NCBI GenBank assembly: GCA_004431415.1
Contig: QPMI01000110.1
Span: forward strand, 1-46,399
DNA: 46,399 nt
Reading direction: 5' to 3'
DNA from: Cyanophora paradoxa CCMP329
Lineage: Eukaryota; Plantae; Glaucophyta
The first letter of the stretch is position 1, and each line of letters opens with the position of its first letter. The position numbers were made by a program, and so were the translations under genes. Below, piece by piece: positions 31,815 through 40,843 of the stretch. Under the pieces are notes generated by a model. The model was given only the letters and a program-made list of their open reading frames with translations. It did not search any database and had not been told where the DNA came from.

Positions 31815-31882
31815 GAAACGAGCTAAAGGTGCAATTGCACAGCGGTTGCAGCCCTAAAGGTGCTCTGCGCGCGCGCGTACCT

Positions 31883-32741
31883 CTACGCGGATGGATCCGT
31901 CCTTCTTTCCCCTGTGGTCAACGATCGGCAGCGTCTCCGCAATGTCTGCGGCGGCGCGCGGCGCGCGGCACGTGTCAGGGCCGGACACGAGCTCGAGCTC
32001 GCGGCAGCTGGCGGCGGCGCAGGCACCGAATAGGTACGAAAGCGGCTCCAGGAAGAGGTGCGCCCGTCCGATCTGCGTGTCTTCCGGCGGGTCCCAGAAC
32101 GGCTGCCGGCCGATCGCGAAAGTGAGGGGGGGATGGGGGGGGGGGGGGGGGGGGGGAAGGGATGCACGTTTTCGTCACGGGGAATGGCGAATGGCCCCTC
32201 TTCGGTCCAGCGGTTGTAGAGGTCGCGTGCAATGTGGAGCCGCAAATCGAACTTGTCGGGAGACCACGTCCACACCTGCGATTAATTCAAACAAATTAAT
32301 CAAAGTCACGAAGTGTCATGCAGGTGCCACGGTGCAGCTGCTGTCCCGGTATCTAGGAGCGCATGCGCGCGCATGCACGGACCGCCTTTGTGAGCAAGTT
32401 GGTGACACGCAACTGGACGTCCTTCAGTTCGAAGAGCTTCAGCTCGAACACCGTCCGCTGCCGCATTTCCTCCGCCAGCGTGTTCAACTCGTTCACCTGT
32501 TCGGTGCGCCCGTGTTCAAGTGGCGAATCTCTGCTTTTGTCTTAAATAAAATTACCTCTGGAATGAGGCGGCTCAGTTGGTACTCCATGAGCGCCAGCTC
32601 CCGCTTCCGCTTCATGGCTTCCTCCTCGCGCTCCTCCTTGAGTTGCTTCTGCAGCTCCAGCTCCGCTTCGAGCTCGAGGATGCGCGCCGCCATCGCGTCG
32701 CCGCCCTTCGCCTCCTTCAGCTCGGCTTGCAGCTTCTGAAC
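31883..32741 (-). CDS. Intron-containing coiled-coil/Pro-rich protein (exons 32741-32556, 32496-32383, 32275-~31883)
   Basis: Removing GT..AG segments 32555-32497 and 32382-32276 joins three reading segments in phase 0. Confidence 0.6.
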
Positions 32742-32852
32742 CTGTACGTATATATACGAGGGCCAACAATGGGCCAAACGCGAAAAGTCAACTCCGAGAG
32801 CTCGAGACTCGGAAGTGACGCTTGGATTGCGGAGGTTCTTATAACCGCCGGG

Positions 32853-32990
32853 TCACAGCTGGGGGGTACCGTAGACGAGGCTGGTGATCGCCATGATCGC
32901 GACGATCGCGATGACGATTCCGATCACGACGATCGCGAAAACGAGACGATCGCGACCATTTTCGATCGCGATTTCGGGGAGGGGGTCCAT
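32853..32990 (-). CDS. 45-aa single-pass membrane micro-protein
   Basis: MDPLPEIAIENGRDRLVFAIVVIGIVIAIVAIMAITSLVYGTPQL*, with upstream TATTTTCT. Below the ORF-track cut-off. Confidence 0.55.
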   Translation of the reverse strand: MDPLPEIAIENGRDRLVFAIVVIGIVIAIVAIMAITSLVYGTPQL

Positions 32991-33063
32991 TTTGGGCCGG
33001 GGTAGAGAAAATAAATGCGAAAAGGCCGAAAAGTGCGTTTTTCACGCGTGAAATCGATCGAAA

Positions 33064-33112
33064 ACTTGGGACTTGGGACTTGGGACTTGGGACTTGGGAC
33101 TTGGGACTTGGG
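33064..33112 (+). repeat. (ACTTGGG)7 heptamer array in a divergent promoter region
   Basis: Seven perfect units. Confidence 0.95.
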
Positions 33113-33170
33113 AAGAGTTAAAATCAGAGTCTGGACCCAAAAGCGGGGAAATTTTCGGACGGGGAGAAAA

Positions 33171-33641
33171 ATGTCAGGCAATCTCTATTACGATTTTCCC
33201 TTTGAGTTGAATATGGCATTCGAAAGGTTGCGCGAGTTCTGGCGTTGGCACCTCACGGGACATGACATCCCCGACGTAACACCAGAGCCCAACTTACAGG
33301 GCGTGCTTGAAGTCATCCGTCAATATCCGCGTCGATTCAATGAATGGATTGAGTTCCACGCGACGAGCCGTTTCCAGAGCCTCCCCGAGGCCATACGCGA
33401 AAATTTCGTGAGGCTGGTGGGACCAGGCTACGACAACCCTAACAATCATAGACCACGCCCAGCTGGCGTGACACGCGAAGCTCGAGAAGACCGTAGACTT
33501 TTCCGCAGGGAATTGAGAGAGGATAGACGGAGGCTTTCAATGGGGCTCCCGCAGATTGTGAGGGGGTACAGCCCGGATTACGAGACTTACCAAGAATTGT
33601 ACGGCTTCGAAAATCCCTTTGAGAGGGCACTACCAGGGTGA
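33171..33641 (+). CDS. Hypothetical protein, possible distant member of the LP-motif family
   Basis: SRFQSLPEAIRENFVRLV, with upstream AAATTTTCGG. Confidence 0.6.
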   Translation: MSGNLYYDFPFELNMAFERLREFWRWHLTGHDIPDVTPEPNLQGVLEVIRQYPRRFNEWIEFHATSRFQSLPEAIRENFVRLVGPGYDNPNNHRPRPAGVTREAREDRRLFRRELREDRRRLSMGLPQIVRGYSPDYETYQELYGFENPFERALPG

Positions 33642-33980
33642 GGGGCCAGGGGGGCCCCTGAGGGTGTACCCCCCATCCGAGACTCGACCTTCGGCGGACG
33701 CACTCGGGCGATTTCCGTCAGGCCGGCTCCCTTTTTCTGCCTTCGGTCCAACGCTAAATTTGGCTTTTTTCAGGCCAGTTGGCAACGTTTTCCGTTGCGA
33801 ACTAGACCGCGAAAAAAATCGCCCACAAAACCGCGGTCCGCCGCCATTTTGGCTCACTCTTGAAACGGGTTCGCCGCCTTCTCTCAGCCCAAGGAATCCC
33901 CGCCTCTCCGAATTTTCACAAGTCCGCTCTCTCAGTCACCTCACGTTTTGCCTTTGCTGATCTCTCTTCCCTTTGCGCAG

Positions 33981-35028
33981 ATGTCGATTCCCTCTGAGCT
34001 TGTCGAGGACCTTGCCAAGGCCCGTGAGATGTGGCTAAGTCCCGCGATTGGCCTACCCGTGAAATGGAGAAGCGTGCCCGCAAGCTGGGGTACCTCTACC
34101 AAGCTCACAGCGGAGAAGGCTTCCATACCATCAACCTCAACTTTGTATCCTCCCTTCTGCCCAAGTCCAAGCAACCCAAGCCCGAGCCCAAGCCCGAGCC
34201 CGTCGACGTGCCCCCGTCCCCGGCTGGGTCAAGACTCCCACTGGCTGGGCGACCCCAAGCTTTTCGCCGAGTCTGCCGCCGAGACGCTCGCCTGGGCCTA
34301 TCCCCTCAAGTCTTCACGAATTACCCCCTCCGTCATCGTCGTCATCTGCCCCTCAGCCCGTCGCCGAGCCCGCTCCCGAGCCAGTCGATGACGCCGAGTC
34401 CGAGGCCTCTGACGCCGAGTCTGACATCAACGACTTTATCGACTTTGACGTGCCGATTCCATACGACTCTGAGTCCTCTTCCGACTCTGAAGGCGACAAC
34501 GAAAACCCGACTCGCAAGCGCCGCATTATCAAGACCAAGTCAATCGTCAAGAAGAAGTTCATGGAGACCACGTCATTCACCGACAACTCCGAGCGAGTCA
34601 AGAATCCCGCCAAGGAACACGAAAAAGACTTGAAGATCGGCGCTGGCATTGCCCGTTCTCGCGTGACGTCACACTTCAGCAAGCGCCTGACTCAGCACGT
34701 CAAGACCATTGAGAAGCGCATCATCGCCAAGCGCGAAATGGCCGAACTCCGACGCAAGTTGCGTCACGAGCGCCTTCTTCGTCGCGAGATGACGCTGGCC
34801 AAGATTGCCGAGCGCAAGAAGAAGGAGTCAGCGGAACTTAGGGCGCGCGTCGAGGCTCAGCAGCGGCGCGAGGCAGAGGCGGCAGCGGCCTTGGCGGCGC
34901 AGCGCGAGCAGGAGCGGCAGGACTTAGTGCAGGCAGCGCAGGCCCTTCCCCGCATTCCCCTTAAGTCCGCGCCCGAGGCCCCGATTGACTTGGTTTCCGA
35001 CGATGACTCTGATTTTGAGATGCTGTAA
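33981..35028 (+). CDS. Acidic/basic coiled-coil nuclear-type protein (frameshifted)
   Basis: MSIPSELVEDL... joins ORFs 34031 and 34450. Contains RKRR and ends in PIDLVSDDDSD. Confidence 0.55.
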
Positions 35029-35086
35029 ATAGTATTGCGTCATTCCATTGTACATACTTGTAAAAATTGGCCGACTATTTTTACTT

Positions 35087-35577
35087 GACCTTGGTGCTCG
35101 GACCTTGGGGCTTGGTGCTTGGGCTTGGGCTTGGTGCTTTGGAAGCGTTACTCTCAGAGTCTGGGTCCAGACTTTCTCTGGATCTGCGAGTTTGCCGCGC
35201 CAAGTCATTAACCATCGGGCAGACTTAGAAAGGGGTACTGCATTTTGCATACGACGTTTCCGGTGACATTCCAGGTGAGATTTCGAGAGAGGTAGAGTCT
35301 GAAATGTCGACAGAGTTTTCGAGAGCGATTTCAAGCGAGATGTCAAGAGACAGAGGGTACGAGAAGTCGTAAGAGTAAAAAAGACTACGAGTAAAAAAGA
35401 GTATGAGGGGTGGTACGACTAAAAAAGACTACGAGTAAAAAAAGTCCGTAGAAAAACTCACCTGACTTGTCTGACAAATTTCTGATCCTGGAGAAAGTCT
35501 GGGCCGGGACCCTGAGAGAAACGCTTCCAAAGCACCAAGCACCAAGCACCAAGGTCCGAGCACCAAGGTCCAAGGTC
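35087..35577. repeat. ~95-bp inverted repeats (35087-35186 / 35484-35577) around a ~300-bp spacer with direct repeats
   Basis: GACCTTGGTGCTCGGACCTTGG..TTGGAAGCGTT.CTCTCAG and its reverse complement. AAAAAAGACTACGAGTAAAAAA occurs twice in the spacer. Confidence 0.88.
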
Positions 35578-35609
35578 CCCGGTCGAACATTTTCTGAGCC
35601 TAGGGCAAA

Positions 35610-35973
35610 ATGGCCCTGCTCAAGTGCACCGACTCCCGCGACCTGCCCTACAACGTCCTGGTCAACTCGGACGTGCCCGGAGTGCGATGGAGTTTCCCTG
35701 GCGACTGGACAGGGGCAGGGTGACCAAGACCTTCGGGAGGCGCAAGCACTACCTCTCCCAGCTCATCCTCGGAAGCCGCCACGTGGACTGTACGTGGAGC
35801 ACATCAACGGCAACCCGCTGGACTACAGGAGGGAGAACCTGCGCTGGGTATCGATGTCGGAGATCCAGAAGAAGAGGAGGGAGGGTACGAGCCTGCAGCA
35901 GAAGAGCGAGGAGATTGCGGAGATGATGGAGGCAGCGCAGGCGCTGGTGCAGCTCAGCCAGTCTAGACGCTAG
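35610..35973 (+). CDS. HNH endonuclease (frameshifted)
   Basis: YVEHINGNPLDYRRENLRWV, with upstream ACATTTTCTGAG. Confidence 0.75.
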
Positions 35974-37439
35974 TGGTGTGAATCTTAGTGTCGTACTCGC
36001 GACCGATCGTGGCCCAGGATACGTAGTTTGTAGACGTGCCGTTTGCAGGGTTGGTGGTGGCAGTCGTGTAGTCGGCCTCTGCTTCTATCAACTCGGCCAT
36101 GAGGGTAGAACCCACGACCATTCCAGAGGTAGGCATACCCGCAATGTTGTTGTACAATTTGAAAGTGAATTTCGTGAAGAGGAGCCGGGCCAGAGCTGGC
36201 ACGGGGATTCGAGGAATCATAGGAAAACGAGGTACCCGAGACTCCACCCGTGGTGGCATTCGTCATCATTTCCTTTGCGGTCATCTTCCAGAGATTGTAC
36301 ATCTCAAAGGGACGGCCTGCGTGGTCTTGTGAGTGGCATCGATGGCGGTGCCGTCTATGTGGGTCTTGGAGCCGCCGTTAAAGGTGCGAGTGAGGGCGGT
36401 GTTCGCAGTGAACTTGAGCTCGAGCACTCGGATTGCGGGCCGATCCGGCACGGAGGGCTCTATCTTTTTCAGGAGGCCAGAGAGCCAGAGGGCCTCCGCC
36501 TCGTCCGCGCTCACACCCGAGTCGATGTCAAAGTACACGTACACGGAGCAGGAGGCGGGATTCTCGAAATCGTTGGAGGTGACGCGCAGCATGATCGGAT
36601 TCTGGATCTTCACGGTCAGCATGGAGGCGTAGCTGCCGTCCCAGACCACGGAATCCGTCCCGGCGTTGGCCGCTGCGACATCGCCGTAGAAATCGGGGTG
36701 GGCAGCACGGTCTTCACGATGGTGCTCGAGGTGGAAGGCATTTTGCGACCTCGGATGAGAAAGATTATCCGTAGAAGAGGGCGATGTCGTTGCCGATGCC
36801 GAGAGGCGGGCCGCGGGCTGCACGGCGTCGGAGCCGGTGGTGTGCCTGTAGGAAATCGAGCACTCGCGCAGCTCCGCGCAGAGGCTGGCGCCCGTGCTGA
36901 AGTGGGCTGGTCGGCGGCGTAGGGCAGGGGAAGACCTGGAACTTGAAGAAGGTGAAGGGGAAGCGGGGTAGCCCGGAAGCGCGCGGGTTGCCGCCCGTGT
37001 AGAGGGCTCCCAGGGTGGCGGGACTCGGATTGAATTTCGTGAAGAGCACGTCGCCCTTGAGCGTACCCCGCGCAGTAAACGCACCCGTACCCGGCAGCGC
37101 GGTATCGGTGTACTGGTTCACGGTGGGGCCGTACCCCGTCTCCCTGAACTTAACCTCGAGACAGCGCAGGACGTTGGCCGTGGCCGTGGCGGGCGCCACC
37201 CTTTTCACGAGGCCGGATTCGTGGAGCAGCTCAATGACCTCTGCGCTGAGAGTGGACGGGTCGAAGAAGAGCTGGTAGGAGTAGATCTTGGGCGTGGCGT
37301 AGGCGTTCTGAACGGCTTGAATCACGACGGGATTCTGCAGGAAGACGTCGACGTAGCTGCCGGAGGGGATGCGCGCGAAGTTTGAGTTGTTGTTGCCGGC
37401 GTCGAGGGAGTTGAGAGTCTGGTACCAGTTGGAAGTCAT
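35963..37439 (-). CDS. Beta-rich probable structural protein (minor capsid candidate), frameshifted
   Basis: ORFs 36765..37439, 36281..37084 and 35963..36259 form a consecutive T/N/S/V-rich chain. Confidence 0.5.
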
Positions 37440-37477
37440 TTACCCGGGGCAGATATTTTTTCGGATCGTAGAGGAAA

Positions 37478-39558
37478 ATGCCCCGCTTTGTATTCGTGAA
37501 GAAACAGGTGGTGCAGGCTCCGCAGTACGGCGTGGAGCCGATCTCGCTCACTGTGGGCAGGCCCCAGGTGCGATCGGGCTCCGTGCTCAACAACGGGGCG
37601 GTACCTACGGATTTCGACTGAACTGGGGTGCTGTCACCAACGCCGTCAAGTACAAGGTGTACAGGGCGACGAGCCTCAATGGCACCTGGACGCTGGTGAA
37701 CACTGTGAACGCCCCCACGCTCACGTACACGGACACGCCCTTTAATTTTGGCGAGCTACGTCTCTACCGGGTGGCCGCGGTTCGCGAGCAGGGCAGCAGC
37801 AGCACGGGCTCCGATGGCAAAGCCCCACCCACAACCTACGCACAGTCGCTTCTCTACACGCACGAGGGCACTACAAGCAATTACATTCTCTTCCAAGGCC
37901 TGAGCGGCTTCAACCCTCAGATCGAGGCGTACACCACGCTCACAACCGCCACGGCCCAGACCTACGGCGATTTTATTGCCGGGGGCGGCCCCGCGTCTTC
38001 CGGCTTCCCGAAACCCGCCATCGTCGTCACAATCAATTGGGTGGCCATGGAGGGCGCGGACTCGATTCGAATTTACAGAGACGGCACCCCTATCGGATTC
38101 GCAAGCAGCGCCCTAGCTACCTCGTACATCGACGATAGCACTGCCCTTGCGTGGGGTACGGAGTACTCCTACCAGGTGGCCGGCATCGTGGGCGGGGTCG
38201 AATACGAAAAGTCCGATCCGCTCCCGGTCTGGACGACGCCGAACGCGCCCACGAACGTGACGACGACTGCGCCCGACGACATAGAGCAGCCCGTCAGCCT
38301 CAGCTGGACGGCGCCAACGGGGGCGACGGGGTACAAGATCTACAGGGACGGGGCCTACCTCGCAGACTCCGCGACCAACTCCTATAGCGACGCGACCACG
38401 ATCTGGGGTACGGGGTACGAGTACCAGGTCTCCGCGACGAACTCGGGAGGGGAGGGACCGAAGAGCATTGTGGCGTATGTCACCACGGATCCGGCGGCGC
38501 CCACGGAGCTCACCGCGACTCCGACGGCGGGGGCCGCCCAGCCAGTGGTGCTTGCCTGGTCGGCGCCGGCGACGGGCGTCACCGTCTCCTACAACATTTA
38601 CAGGGACGGCGTCTTTCTCGCGAACGACGTCAGCAGCCCTATTCGGACGCGACGACCGCGTTCGGGACGACCGCGTTCGGGACGACCTACACTTACACCG
38701 TCAAGGGCGTTAACCAGATTGGCGAGGAGGGCCTGCCTCCAGCAGTGCCTTTGCGACGACAATTGACAGTTTTATGGACAGCGCCACCATTTCAACGGCC
38801 ACCAAGAATGCACTGGTGGCCGCATACTCAACCCGAAGGGTTCGGCCCTCTTATGTCGGACCCACGCTCCGTCTGCGTCGCAGCGATGGAATTACCGCCG
38901 ATTGGTACGCTGACTATTCAGGCGTCTTGAATTCTGCGTACGATCGGTCTGGAACAAGTTACACGACTTGGGTGACGGGGTACACGGCAACTGTTCAGAC
39001 AATGTACGATCAGACGGGGGGTGGGAGGCACGCGACCCAGGATACAGCATCTTTGCAACCTCGCTATACGAGTGGCCGGGTGACATTCGATGTCGGCAGC
39101 TCCCATTATCTGCAAGTTCCCTACTCTGCAGCCCTCAATACCTCGACGTACTCGGTACTTTGCTCCTGCCTTTTCACCGCTACGACAACAGGAACTTATT
39201 GGACCCCTGTAGCATCCCGCGGCATGTTCACGGGCTACTCGTTGTACAGGAACAATGGCGTGTTTCTGTCCTACACGGGCAATGGCTCTGCGTGGACTGA
39301 TTTCGGAACGAGTGCAGCGAATGCAGGTACGCAGTATAAGATTGCCGTAGGGTACAATGGCACGACACACTCCATTCGCGTGGGCTCAACCGTAGAAACA
39401 AGGACAGCCGGCTACGCTCCAAACACGCAGTATCCCCTGCGCATTGGAGCGGGTGTCACCGAGTCATCCCCGCGCACCTCTGGAACGGCTGGGTCGACGA
39501 TGTGCTCTTCTTTAACACGTTTATTACGGACGCCAGTGCCGTTCACGCGCTCATGTAA
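37478..39558 (+). CDS. Surface/fibre protein: several FN3 repeats plus C-terminal LamG/concanavalin-like domain (frameshifted)
   Basis: LSWTAPTGATGYKIYRDG...YEYQVSATNSGGEG repeats, then AAYSTRRVRPSYVGPTLRLRR, then PLRIGAG...WNGWVDDVLFF. Confidence 0.8.
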
Positions 39559-39616
39559 AATCTTATGTGGAAGAACAACAATCAGGGTATTATTGTATTT
39601 GTGCGGTAATCGCTCA

Positions 39617-40819
39617 TCAGACAACCTTCACGATAATTAGCGCCTGCGTATCTGAAACGACTCGAATGATTCTACCGACGGCGACCCTGTACTGGTCGAA
39701 GGATGGGGCGGCCACGGCCTGGGCGGCGATTGCTCCGTTGGGTCCTGGGGTGGGTACCACGTAATCTCCCGGGCCCCCACCGCTGACGTTCACGGGGACC
39801 TGTCCACAGAATGCAATCCGATCGACCAGCTGCCGATTCGCCTCTGCCGCTGACTCCCAGGCGGCGCGGGCGGCTTCGTAGGTTGCGAGGGCGGTGGGGT
39901 CGTCCGTTTCCGGCTTCAGGGGGGCCATTCCAAGGGACTGGCCCCAGGTATCGCCCCCTACGAAGGATGGGTTGGTGCTCTTCACCACGAACGTGACGGC
40001 CTCCGTAAATTGATTGGTTAGGAGTCCTGAGCCGTTCACCCCACAGATATCGCCCTTGTTGAAGGCAAAGTCGTTGGATTTCTTTAGCATGTACTCTGCG
40101 TAATCGCTTCCTGCGGTGTTGACCGTGCCCCCGGCTGCGATGGAGCGACCTGTCGTAGACCCGAGGGCAGCAACAAAGAAAGGGCAGGCCGCTGTATCGT
40201 TCCATAAGGTCACGGTGGCTTGATCGGCCACTTTGTAGTTTTTCACGCCCATGTAGTGTCGGTTGTCGAAATCCCACCACAGGCTTGCCCATTGTCCGCT
40301 TCCGACGTCTTTGCTTTTAACGTTCAAGACGGAAGTTGCGATGGATGTCGGCGCACCGATAGTTGCATTGGACAGATTAGCGGTTCCGGTTATGTTAGGG
40401 GAGTTGAGCTCCGAGACTGCGTTGACGACGCCGGTAACCGTCGCAGCCCCGTTGACTCTCAATCCCCCGACCACGTTAGCGCCCCCTCCCTGCACGTACA
40501 AGGCCGCATTCGCCTCCCCATCTGCGTTGTTGAACGTCAGGGCGTTTGTGGTGTGACCACTCCCGTCCCAGGAGCCGTTCGTGACGGTGAGCCTCTGCGT
40601 CTTCACGCGCCCCGGCACGGCCGATCCGCCCTCCCGCGTGCGCATCTTATCGCAGCGCAGCTCGCCGACTCGCACGAGATCGGCCTCGGAGAAGGGGACG
40701 GCCGTGGCGTTGTAGGGGGTCTCGGTGGCCTGGTCCCCGAGGGTGGTCTCCTTAATCGTGTGATCGCCCTTGTGATTCACGCTGGCAGCGTAGGTGAATA
40801 GAGGGACGGCGACAGACAT
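39617..40819 (-). CDS. Fibre/spike protein with C-terminal phage-type autoproteolytic/chaperone-like (Peptidase G2-like) domain
   Basis: GSDYAEYM, STNPSFVGGD, RIAFCGQVPVNV and PGDYVVP, after a beta-helix-like G/N/T-rich N-part. Confidence 0.7.
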   Translation of the reverse strand: MSVAVPLFTYAASVNHKGDHTIKETTLGDQATETPYNATAVPFSEADLVRVGELRCDKMRTREGGSAVPGRVKTQRLTVTNGSWDGSGHTTNALTFNNADGEANAALYVQGGGANVVGGLRVNGAATVTGVVNAVSELNSPNITGTANLSNATIGAPTSIATSVLNVKSKDVGSGQWASLWWDFDNRHYMGVKNYKVADQATVTLWNDTAACPFFVAALGSTTGRSIAAGGTVNTAGSDYAEYMLKKSNDFAFNKGDICGVNGSGLLTNQFTEAVTFVVKSTNPSFVGGDTWGQSLGMAPLKPETDDPTALATYEAARAAWESAAEANRQLVDRIAFCGQVPVNVSGGGPGDYVVPTPGPNGAIAAQAVAAPSFDQYRVAVGRIIRVVSDTQALIIVKVV

Positions 40820-40843
40820 TTTTGGATTGCATCAGAAAATCGA

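Noticed and set aside
32136-32157. Long G homopolymer as a regulatory or phase-variable tract
   Set aside because: Explained as poly-Pro coding on the minus strand, and its length is unreliable in this data.
33064-33112. Genuine telomere or telomere-mediated integration site
   Set aside because: Internal, only 7 units, flanked by viral genes on both sides, and related to other intergenic heptamers.
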